Shown: positions 53,147 through 64,000 of the stretch, piece after piece | How positions within the stretch are numbered: position 1 is the stretch's first letter | Layout: every line of letters begins with the position of its first letter | Assembly: GCA_904063045.1 (NCBI GenBank) | Contig: CAJFCJ010000020.1 | Span: 236,425 to 300,424 of the forward strand | DNA length: 64,000 nt | Reading direction: 5' to 3' | Source of the DNA: Dimorphilus gyrociliatus | Taxonomy: Eukaryota > Animalia > Annelida | Program-made: the position numbers and the translations under genes | The notes under the pieces: model-generated | What the model was told of the DNA's origin: nothing | Seen by the model: only the letters and a program-made list of their open reading frames with translations | Database searches by the model: none

Positions 53147-53731
53147 TTACAAAAGAGTTTCTCTATTACACTTTTGAATAATACACATTCTTCTCATTGG
53201 GCCAGATTTGCTACCGCAATAAGAAACAATACAATCGTATAGACCCAAACGATAACGTTTCCTTCTCATATTACTTTCGGTACATTTCTCTCTCATGCAT
53301 GATTCTCCATTCCTCTCCGTTAAACAACGCTCTTTTAGCATGCAAATGAATTTATCAGATACGTGAGATGTTCTAGTAAAGTTATTTTCTTCGATCAGCT
53401 TACATTCGTTCAAACATTCTGCCATATTATTAGAATTCTCACAATTTAAAACGCACTCTCTGTCCGAACAAGCCGCGAGATTCTCGATCGGTATGGAACT
53501 AAGGCACCTAGTCCAGTCCCTCCCAACACAGTAGCCTTGTTTCCACAAGCAAGATTGGAACGAGATAATATCATCGAATGATATTGACCCGACATTCTGA
53601 GAGGTTGGAAGGCCTAGACAAGGTGAGAAAGTTTTCAAAGTTAATCTTAAAGACTTTTTAGTCTATATGTACCAACCAATCGACGTCGACATGCTTAAAT
53701 AGATGAAAAAGGCTGCGACGCCGTTCTTCAT
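53147..53731 (-). CDS. Secreted 16-Cys precursor protein, 173 aa. Exons 53731-53677 and 53613-53147
   Basis: A signal-peptide exon MKNGVAAFFIYLSMSTSIG splices through a 63-bp phase-1 GT-AG intron onto LPTSQ. The protein has 16 Cys and an RRKR site before the last 4-Cys unit. An alternative ATG lies two codons upstream at 53737. Confidence 0.7.
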
Positions 53732-54944
53732 TTCCATCTTACCTCTGTTAGTCCAACCCTTTTGGAAGTGAAAGAAGAAAGAATTATAAATTGAATAAAT
53801 AATAGAATACTTATCATAGGTAACGAAAAAAACTTGGAAGCAACTCACAAGCTACTTGAAAAAATTATAAACGTTCTCCCACCGACTCCTACAACGCACT
53901 AATGGAAGCGTCTAAACGGTGGGGCGTCTTTTATTCTTAAGCGATAATCTGGTAAGATGAGAACGGCGGCGTCTTTTTTTATTGTTTTACCAAGTCATCT
54001 TCAATTCCCTATTTATTTATCTTATTGAACAAATTTTTCCCTACTTAGGCACTCAATAAATGTTGAATGATAAATCCAAAAGGAAGGTTTTTAATATTGA
54101 AACGAAAAGCATTAATCTCTTCCGTCCCTCCCCAAAACCAAGATGTATAAATAAGAGATTAAAGTAATACGGATCTAGGTAATATAATATCGATAAGCAT
54201 TGGTGTAGGCGGTTATTGATAATATTTCGTGGAGACAGCTAAATTTAGCTTTTGGTAAGATTGTGTTGCGATTTTCTTCTTATAAATTTCTGTGAGCAAT
54301 CTATACTAAGCCTTAAGATTATTTCTTATTTTTGATAACTCTAGCAAATTTCGTCTTTAGATATCTCTTTAACTTTTTAAAGAAATATTACGAAACATAT
54401 CCTTCCCGCGCTTTTCCTATTTAACCGATAAAACGATACGTTAACAAAAACATGTATAATATTATATTGAATAGTACATAGTATATAACAACAGTTTATT
54501 ACCACTAGGTTATCTTTTAATTATAATTCCTTTCGATATTAATAGATTTGAATGCGTTGACGGATCATGTCAACTTCTAATTAGCCTCTAAGGTTTAATC
54601 GTATTTTAAAGAATTCTAACGAAAGATACTTAAATACTCCATAATAAAATTGAAATATGGCAAGTATAAATTCTATTTTGAAGCTTTCTTCTTCTGATGA
54701 ATGCATTTATAGTGTTTCTCTTTATTTTTTCTCTCAAGCAAATATTTGAGAAAAGAGAATAAAAAGTATATTTAATTAACAATTGAATAATGACTCTATA
54801 TTTCTATATTTTTATTCATAAACAGTAATGAGATTGCAACATGCATTAATAAAAAACACTGATTAAAAAAACTTAATACGAGCAGAGAAATTTGTGTTAT
54901 AAATATATACAAATGATTTCTCTGAACGAACTAAGAAAGGCACC

Positions 54945-57070
54945 CTATTTCTTAAGAAAAGATGAAAGCCTGTTCATTGCCATTATTGCTCTAGTGTGGG
55001 CCTGTTTAAAATGAAACAAAATTTAGTACAAATTGATAAAAGATTAACTATATGTTAATATATACAGTAGATACATATATTATTCATAATCATAGGATAA
55101 TGTTTGAAAAACAAAGCAATAAAATCATTTGTAAACTAGATTTATGTCTGAAAGTGATTTAAATTGATTAATCAGAAATTAGGTGTAATAATTGAAGAAT
55201 GACTAGCAAACAACAATAAAACGTTAGCTGTGAGGATTTGTTGATTGATAAAAAAAAACAATTGGTAAATAAAAAGTATAAAAAGTATAATTTATTGAAA
55301 AAAAATTTGTATTTAGCGAAGCTTTAAAAAAAAAGAGAACTTTTTAGTTTTTCTATTTAAAAAGGACATTTTCAAACCCGAGATTTTATTAAACTAATAT
55401 ATAGTACATATATATATATATATATATATATTAATATATACTGTAAATATGTGTACTTAAACCAAAAATAGTGTAAAAACTATATATATATGTATAAATA
55501 GATATTAATGAGAAAAATCAACATCATCAAAAATATCGGTATAGAAAATTGTCCTTTTCTGTTTTATAGCTTTAAATATATATATATATGTATTCTGTTT
55601 TTTTTTCTTTATTAGGATCGACTATGAAAATGTTTAGAAGATCAAAACAATAAAAAAATGACCATTTTTAGCGGTACAGAAAATAAGTTGTGTAAAAAAT
55701 AAATTGCTCACTTAATTAGATGTGTATTTTTGTTTTTTTTTTGGTTTTGTATAAGTTTTCTACTGACACTGCTTGTTTTTTGTTAAGATGAACAAAAACA
55801 AAAAAATTTGGTTTTGAATAAAACAAAAAAAAAAAAAAAATTTGAGCATCAAAGAGATAAATGAAATATTTTATAATTATACCTGCCACTTTCTACGATT
55901 CATAAATGAACGAAGTTTTGTTGTGTCAATTGGAACATTTGGTAATTTATCTTTACCAACAGTTAACCAATCATCGGATAAACAATCCTTAGCTAACATA
56001 CGACGCCTGGTTTTGAATATTTTTATAGAAACAATCAATAGTTTTTAATACATATGACAAATAATATTATATTTTCATTACCTTGGCCGTTTCTGTAATA
56101 ATTTTGAGATAAAATTTTTACCCAAATCGCTAATTATGTCAAATTCTTCTGTAAAATCATATTCTCCACTAGTAACATTTGTAATAGTTTCGTCGTCAGT
56201 TTCACCAGCAAATGGGGCAATTCCAGACAATCTATGATAAATATAAATTGTTATAATCCTTAATAATTTTTTTAATAATTAATATACAATAAGCTATATA
56301 TTTATTTTAGTTCTATTTTTACTTACAGAACGTAGCAAATGACCCCTACACTCCACATATCGGTGGTAGTACTAATTGGATCATAGTTGAGAATTTCTGG
56401 AGCAGCAAATTCAGCAGTTCCTTGTAGACTTCTATTATTCATATCGTCGGTTACGTTTAATTTTTGGGCAAGACCAAAGTCTATAATTTTTATTTTAGTG
56501 CCTTCTTTCGAAACACATACGATATTTTCAGGCTAAATGGAAATATAAAGGCCGTATTAGATAGAGAAATATATAAGTAAACATATTAGAGAAAGGTGAT
56601 GAAGGTATACTTTCAAGTCCAAATGTACGATAGATTTTTCGTGCATATATTGGCAACCTTCGCAAATTTGCCTAATGTAACCGATACAGTCTATTTCTCG
56701 TACAACTTTTTCATCAACTACTTTCTCGAACAATTCACCACCAGCAACGCTAGAACGATATAAAAGGTAAAATGACACGAATTTTATGAGTATTTAGTAA
56801 ACATTGAATAGCTTACAATTCCATTACCAATACGCATTCGTTTCGATTTATAAAAGCGTCGTAAGCAATTAATAGTCTTGGATGACGCAGTTCGTTCATG
56901 ATATTTAATTCATGCTGAACTGTTTGCCTTGCCGCTGCACCTCTCTTCTTTATTACTTTGCACGCTAGATGGAGCTTTGTCTCATTGTCAACGCAGTGGT
57001 GAACATCTCCAAATCTTCCACTAAGCAATTGGTATTGAAAATAAGGAAATCAGATAAAACCTCTAAAGAT

Positions 57071-57110
<40 letters not shown>

Positions 57111-60100
57111 GGGTGGGAGGGGAGAGAAAAGAGAGACAAGGAGTAATAAAAATGTTAAAATACCTGTTAATTTTCTCTCCCATTTGATAAAAATCGGCGA
57201 ATTTTTCACTTGTTCTAGGCTCTACTTCTTTAGGTTCGAAAGGGTAGTCTGATTCCTCAACTGTTTCTCTTCTTAGAGTTCTGACAATGTCACTAATTTT
57301 CTCTCTCTTCCTTGCCGTTTCAACACTTTCGCGAGTTTTCATAGGAATAACTTTAAATTTATATTCTGTATCTTCTTCTAAATTTTCGATGGCATATTCA
57401 GTATCCTAATAAAACCATTTACATTGAAAACAATCACACTAACTCGCTCAGAAAATTTAATTTATTTTCGAATTCAAACTTACTCGGTGCATTTCACAGG
57501 CAACGACCCATTTATCTTCTGATAGTTTATTCATTTCAACTCTATACCGCAGTAGACGATTCACATTTTCCTTATTTTCACATTTAGTCCAAGAAAGCAT
57601 AACCGAATTGTATGTGCAATTAGAAATTTCCAGACTACTTATGAATTCTTCGACTAATACCGTACTATCCTCCGTATCGGGTTTAGATATGGAAGAGAAA
57701 TCTTGGGATGATCTATCAGAAACCGCTTTAGACATTGATCCGAAACGAGAATAATCTAAGTAAAAACAAGTAATATAACAAAAATCCCATTTTGGTAAAA
57801 AGTTTGCAATTGCCAGCCTATAGCGGCCATTTAGAAATTCAAATAAAAATATACATAAAAACGATGTAGCGCAAAGTTTATAATCTTACCGAGCACATTT
57901 ATAAAACAGCTACTTTCGGCAATTTCGCCAATTTCATTACAAATTTCAACGCAATATTCTCCTTCTTCTTCACGATTAACATCAGAAATTAATAAAGATG
58001 CTTGCTTATTGTCAAAATTCATTTGGACCGATTTACTCTTAGGCTGAAAAATTGTAGCAATAAAACCATTGTGTTTATAATTATCGAGTATATCACTAAC
58101 AATTACTTCCGTGTATAATAAAACTCGTAAATAAAAAGAAAGTGCCTTGTTAGCTAGAAGATTGGTACATTAAATATTTTATGCTCATAGATTATGGACA
58201 TTATTTGCACTATGCTTTAAAAGTATAATAATTATGAAAGGAGTTTAAAACTATAAGTTATAGTTCATATATTCCATTGTGACTTTCATCTAACATCCCT
58301 CTGCTCTTGTGTATTAAATGAGATACAATTTTAATTATACTTATTTGTAAAACAAATTTTCATCGGATGATTCGATTATTAAATGGAAATTATATAGGCT
58401 TTTTCCACTATATACAATATATACTTCGTGTGAGGGATTTTTGTCGTATAAATATAAAATTTTACTTTCTCGCACAAAGCATGCCTAAAACTTCTATCAA
58501 CTTACAATAGCTTAATGCTTTATATAATTAATAAAGTATAAGTTTACATTCATACCTTTACAACTTGGTTGTCTTTATACCAAGAAACGCTGGTGATTGG
58601 ATGTTGACTATCGAATTTTAACTGAAGCATTAAAACGTCCCCACTCAAGACTTTAGCATTTTTTAAATCACGTAATATCTGAATGGAAGAATCATCGTCG
58701 AGTAGTTCGTTTTGTACAGTCTGAATTCTCTCTGGTGGTTTTTCTTCAACAGGTGGTTCAGGTTCTGGTTCTTTTTCCACGGGAGGAGGTGATTCTAGTG
58801 AAGAGTTATCAGTTCCATTTATATTTTGGTTAATGTCTATTTCCTGCTTTGTAAAAGAACTCTCATCTTCTCGTTCTTTTTTATTCATAGTCCTCCGTCT
58901 CCTATCTCTCAGCTTGCTTTGAATATCTCCAAATTGTTCAGTCTCGTCTAAACTCTCTCTGCTTCCAGCAATTCCAGAATCTAAATTTTTAAATGGTGGT
59001 TTCAGTTCTTCCATTCGCTTTGGTTTATTCACTATCACTTTACATGTACTGTCTTTAAAACCGTACTGATTACGTACTTTTACTAAATATTTTCCATGAT
59101 CTTTATCTTGAATTTGACGGCAAACTAATGTAGAAGAAACTTTATCTGTAATTATATCGATTCTATCATCTGTATATTGCTTTATTTCAAGATCTTCGTG
59201 CTTCCATATAACGCTAGGAGAAGGGATGCCAGAAAAAGTTGTTTTTAAATACAAGGTTCCTCCTTCTGTGACAGATTGATCGTCTAATTCTTTAAGAATT
59301 TTTGGCTTATCTTCCCTCCCAACATTGGTTTTCAAGAGAGATTTATAATCAGGAGCAGTAGATTTCGCTTCTGTCCTTGGAATGGAAAGTTCTGTTTTAT
59401 TTGACAAAAGATTTTCACTTGATGCTGTCTTCCTAAGTTGAAACCTTGCGTTATGAATTTGCTTTTTTCCAGAATCATCTTCTTTGAGAGGTTCTTTATC
59501 ATCAGATTTCGAGAGTGTTCTACTTTTTTTCTTGAGCACCTCCCTAAAGTCAACTTGAAGCGGTGGCGAAGCAATTGTTTTCTTCTCTAAATGATCAAAA
59601 TTAGATTTCTTCTTTAGAACGGATAAATAATCCATTTTTGTTGTTGTTGTTGTTGTTACTGGCTGAGGTGAAGGCGACTGTTTAAAGCTGGAAGACTTTT
59701 TCAAAACATTTCTAAAATCTGTTTGTCTGGGTGGAGTACTTAAGGTCGCACTGGTGTTCTGGACTTCAACATGACGAACTAATGCATCTTTATAATTAAT
59801 GGAATCTTCACTGGCCTGGGAGGAACCACGTGGACTTTGCTTGCTACTTGATCTCTTTGTGAATTCTCGATCTTATAAATGCACAATTGTTAGAACCTAT
59901 AAACTATTTCTATGTTGTGGTATGATACCTCTGACTGTCAAATTACAAGTAGATTGTACTTTCCCATAATCATTAGATAGTCTAACGCATATCTGTCCTG
60001 CATCGTCCATGAGGGCTTCGATAATTTTTAAAGTTGCTTTGTTAGAGCTTGTATCTATTTCGAAGTCATTCGGCCCGTCGAGTTGTTCGCCTTTGCTAAA

Positions 60101-63100
60101 CCATTCGGCGGACACTGGTTTACTAGAGTAAAATTCGACCTCAAATGACACTGATTTGCCTTCCATTACAGTTTGATTTTTTAGTTCCTTTTTAATTTGA
60201 GGTGGTTTTCGAGATATTTTTACATCTGAAATATGCGATATCAAAAAAGAATAATAACTTAATTTAGTAGGTAAATATACCTTCTACTTTTACAATGCAA
60301 GCTGTTTGAATTGAAGTTCTTCCATTTGTGGCTTTAGCCATTACCTTTCCAGAAAATTCTCTTGTAATATTAGCAATAGATAAGCAAGAGTAACCGTTAT
60401 CACTGTCAATGAAAATTTCATCTGTTGGCTCTAATCTTTTATCTTCACAAAACCAGCTAATCTTGAGAGGAATAGTGGATGCAAATTCACATTCTAATGT
60501 CAATTCGTCACCTTCTTTCAACTGTTATAATAAAATCATTATATGTAATAAATCTATATATATGTTTGTTATAATTTAAGGCTTTAAACGTACTGTAACA
60601 TCATGTAAAGGATGTTTTACTTCTGCAAGAGAACCTCTTGAGTTTGAAATTCTTCTTTCAGTTCTGAGAATAAGCAAATATATACTTCTTTATTAAATAA
60701 ATAGTGAAATTTTACCTTGAACTTTCAAAAACTTCGTCGATATCCGTAGATCTTCTTCGATCGGCACAATGAACATTTAACATGATAGAACATTCAGATT
60801 TTCCTGCAGAATTTTCCACTATACAAGTATAGTTTGCGGAATCACTAGCTTTAGCTGAGTCTATTCGCAAAAGACAAGCATTGTCTTCAATAAGATCTTT
60901 AAACCTTTTGTCCATGTTCCGGTTTGTGATAATTCGATCGTCCTTCAACCAGTTTACAGTACATTTGTTTAAAGAATTAACGAGACATCTCAATTCGATG
61001 GAATCTCCTTCTTTAGAACTTGTAGAGTATGATTTAGTTATAATATCGGGTTTTTTTATCATTTCTAAAATGATAATAGATTATGAAATATTTAATTACT
61101 TGTTCTTGATTGATTTTACTTACCTATAACAGTAATTTTGCATGAACACTGATCATTTCCATTTTTGGCACTTACGAAAAAGTCATATATTCCAGCACAT
61201 TTATGGGTCACTTGGTGAATTTCAATATTATAAACATTTCCTGACGAAGAACACTTTAAATTTGGTGATGAATTAGATATAGGTTTTTTATTGTGCATCC
61301 AGCGTATTTCAGGTTCAACACATGATGGATCAATTTCAACAGTTAATAAGCAAGTGCTACCTTCATCTATATTCTCATCATGAAGAGGCCTTAATATACA
61401 ACTTTCCAAAGGTTTAGCTGTATCAACATAATAAAAGTGTTTTATTTACGTTTTTTTGATTAGAATGAGTCTATAAATTATGTTTTAAAAGTCAAATAGT
61501 CAACTCATTCGGGACATTGATAAAATTTTGATATGTGAATTAGATATAATAAACATTGTAAGGTTAAAAAAAAAACTTTTTGACTAAAAAAAAAGTATCC
61601 GAATTTTAATTAAAGTATGTGGGAAAAAGAAAGAATTTATGATTATATAAATTAGAAATTTGGCCTATAAAGATAAAAAAAATTTCTTACAAAAGTATAA
61701 TTTTTTTGTTAACTTAAATTAAAAATATGCATATCTGGGTAGCTTCAAGTAAGAAACAAGCTCCATATTATAAAAATGATAAGAATCCGAAGAGTTTCAA
61801 GTAAGAAAGTAAAGTAATAAATTTACCAGCATAACAGTGTGAAATATGTTAAATATTCAATATTTCTATTAAATGAGTAAAGAAAGGAATCAATGGTACC
61901 CAGTTGAGAATGAATAGCAAAATACTATTAGACTTATTTTACTACGTATTCTATCCTATTTGTTAGCAATTATAAATAATTATATAGTGAAATATTTCCT
62001 CACGTTTAACGGAAAGTTTACAAGAGCAATTAATTTGAGCGTCTCCTTTCCTAACATATAACGAGTACAAGCCGTCATCTTCTGGAAAAAGTTCCTCAAA
62101 TATTAATCTGGCTATTTTACCATCAAATTCACTTCTAAAATAGTAAAAAAAACACCATTAACAGTCTGAAGCGTATTATAGTAGATAACAAACTTTATGG
62201 CGGAACCATCCACCCGAAATTCTGTATCATCTTCCTTAATCCATTTTATTTCTGCGTCATCACCGTTTTCTAATTGACAACACAATTGTGCAGATTCCGT
62301 ATCGATACCGAATATATCACTTAAGGGTTTAACAAACTTCATTGCTTCCTCATTAGCATTATCTAGAAGTTTATATTATAGCATATAACGCTAGCATAAA
62401 ATTCGCATTAAGCCGATTTATACCTTTGACAGTTAATTTACACAAACAGCTATCTTCTCCTGCGCTATTCACCGCCTTGCAGATATATGTTCCATCGTCA
62501 TCCGGATAAATTTCGGTGATAATTAAAGTGGCACGACCATCTTCAAAAACTTGTTTGAAATCTTTTGAATTTTCTAAGAGTTGTTCTCCGAAATACCATG
62601 TGATTGTTGGTTGTGGATTACCTAACAAAAACATCATTTATGACATAAAAACAACGACAAAAAACAAAAAAAATTTAGTTACCGGAAACGCAGCAAGATA
62701 ATTCAACGTTCTGTTCATGATCATTAGCTGTCAAATCCTGTAATTTAGATGAAAACTTCGGCTTTTGTTCGGCTTGTTGACTTCTACTTCGTCGGCTTCT
62801 TTTTACTAGTGTGAAAAAAGGAAAGTGTTAGGCATATGCAAATAAGGTCTACAATTGTCAACACTTACTATATAAATCTAAATTAGCCTTGGCTTCAACG
62901 GATCCTACAGTATTTGTTACTTTAACCCTGTATACCCCTCTGTCAGTCTCTTCTGTATTTACTATTTCAAGAACCTCGTAATCGGCGACTTGGTATACCT
63001 GTTATTCCAAATTGATTATAATCTTGATAGATGTTTCAAAGTTGAAATCAAAACAGACCATAAACTTATAACTGGCTCCAATTTCTCGGCCGTTTGGCGC

Positions 63101-63343
63101 AAACCATTGCACACTAGGTTTCGGATTGCCTTGAACCGATACTTTAAATTTTGCATTCTCCGATAGAGCAACGCTTTGATCTTGAAGACCTTCTATAATC
63201 ATTGGTAAGGATCTAAAGAGTACATAGAAATATTAAAAATTTTCAACTCTTTTTTTCAAGCACAAACCCATTTGTTGAATGAGAAAGCATTTTATTCGCT
63301 TGAATGGTTCTAGCTTCAAATTTCGAAGATTTTCCGTTTAAAG
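54945..63343 (-). CDS. mylk-like: Long myosin light chain kinase (about 9 Ig domains, DFRxxL region, FN3, kinase, CaM-binding helix); 5' end unresolved
   Basis: More than 20 exons joined in consistent phase, from 63343-63268 down to 55001-54945. Kinase motifs are GRFG, ACKVIK, VMEFVAGGELF, HLDLKPEN, IKIIDFGLA, GTAEFAAPE and TDMWSVGVICY. The regulatory segment is KLRSFMNRRKWQ|AHTRAIMAMNRLSSFLKK*. Confidence 0.9.
57071..57110. repeat. Compound (AC)n(AG)n microsatellite in an MLCK intron
   Basis: Read directly from the sequence. Confidence 0.95.
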
Positions 63344-64000
63344 CTAAAGTGAAAAAAATTGCACTTATTCAAAGGTAAAAAGTAAAACTATCTTCAAAGA
63401 GATTAAGTAAAAATTGAAATGTAATTGATATAAGTTTTTCCCATGCTTAGCAAAAACACACAAACGCAAAAATTTAAGTCGCTTGTTCTCTCTTTTCCAG
63501 TTTATTCTTTGTAAGCTATACAAATATCCTTGAATTTAAAAAAACACATATTAAACAAACTAACGTTAATTGAATTTGTTGAAGATTGTAAAAGTTGGAA
63601 CGCTAATATTTCGAATTCATCAACGTATTCTCCGATGACGTTTGACCCGGGTTAAGTAAAATTTAATGACATTTAACCATTGGCAATTAAAACCTGCTCT
63701 TCGGCGACATTACACAGACAAAACAGTCATATTCCCATTTTCAGCCGTTAAAAACCTTTCAATAACACTATTATGCTTACCTGAGATATTTCAATAGAAG
63801 CTGAGCGAAAAAATAGTGCAGCTTTGGCCAACACTTTTACTACAAATATTACAATACGAAAAAAAGTAGTCGATTTGAATACGCCTAGGAAGTAAAGTAG
63901 CTAATCGACTGGTCCTATTCGGTTATCATCACGTACTGGTTTTATTGATGATTATTAAGTAGATTACAAAAAAATTGTTAGGTAAATTCCGAAGAGCAAA

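Noticed and set aside
61418-62003. Internal CArG-driven short-MLCK promoter in the longer MLCK introns
   Set aside because: I found no CC(A/T)6GG match there or in intron 58044-58555.
63560-63800. Further upstream MLCK exons
   Set aside because: The candidate open frames could not be joined in the required phase, so the 5' end is left unresolved.

Overview
AT-rich, gene-dense eukaryotic DNA with mostly 59-230 bp GT-AG introns. It looks like a compact invertebrate genome, probably spiralian/annelid (Dimorphilus-like); the taxon is an inference. I reconstructed 12 protein-coding genes by splicing by hand: two intronless rhodopsin-class GPCRs, homeobrain (hbn), a GCC2/GCC3-repeat type I membrane protein, Id/extramacrochaetae, a 68-aa secreted GPI-anchor-type micro-protein, an aldo-keto reductase, an ASCL3/4/5-type bHLH, TEAD/scalloped, a GT77-like glycosyltransferase, a 16-Cys secreted precursor, and most of a long Ig/FN3 myosin light chain kinase (5' end unresolved). 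The ORF track misses the micro-protein entirely. Main highlights: the CD24/CD52-like micro-protein; an exact GGCGCC-N5-GTCTG BMP-response element beside Su(H) sites and about 24 CACCTG/CAGGTG E-boxes around Id; smooth-muscle-MLCK-type DFRxxL motifs; hbn without adjacent Rx/otp; and CTCF-like motifs near gene borders. No rRNA, tRNA, CRISPR array or intact transposon was recognised. All family calls come from motif recognition, not database searches.
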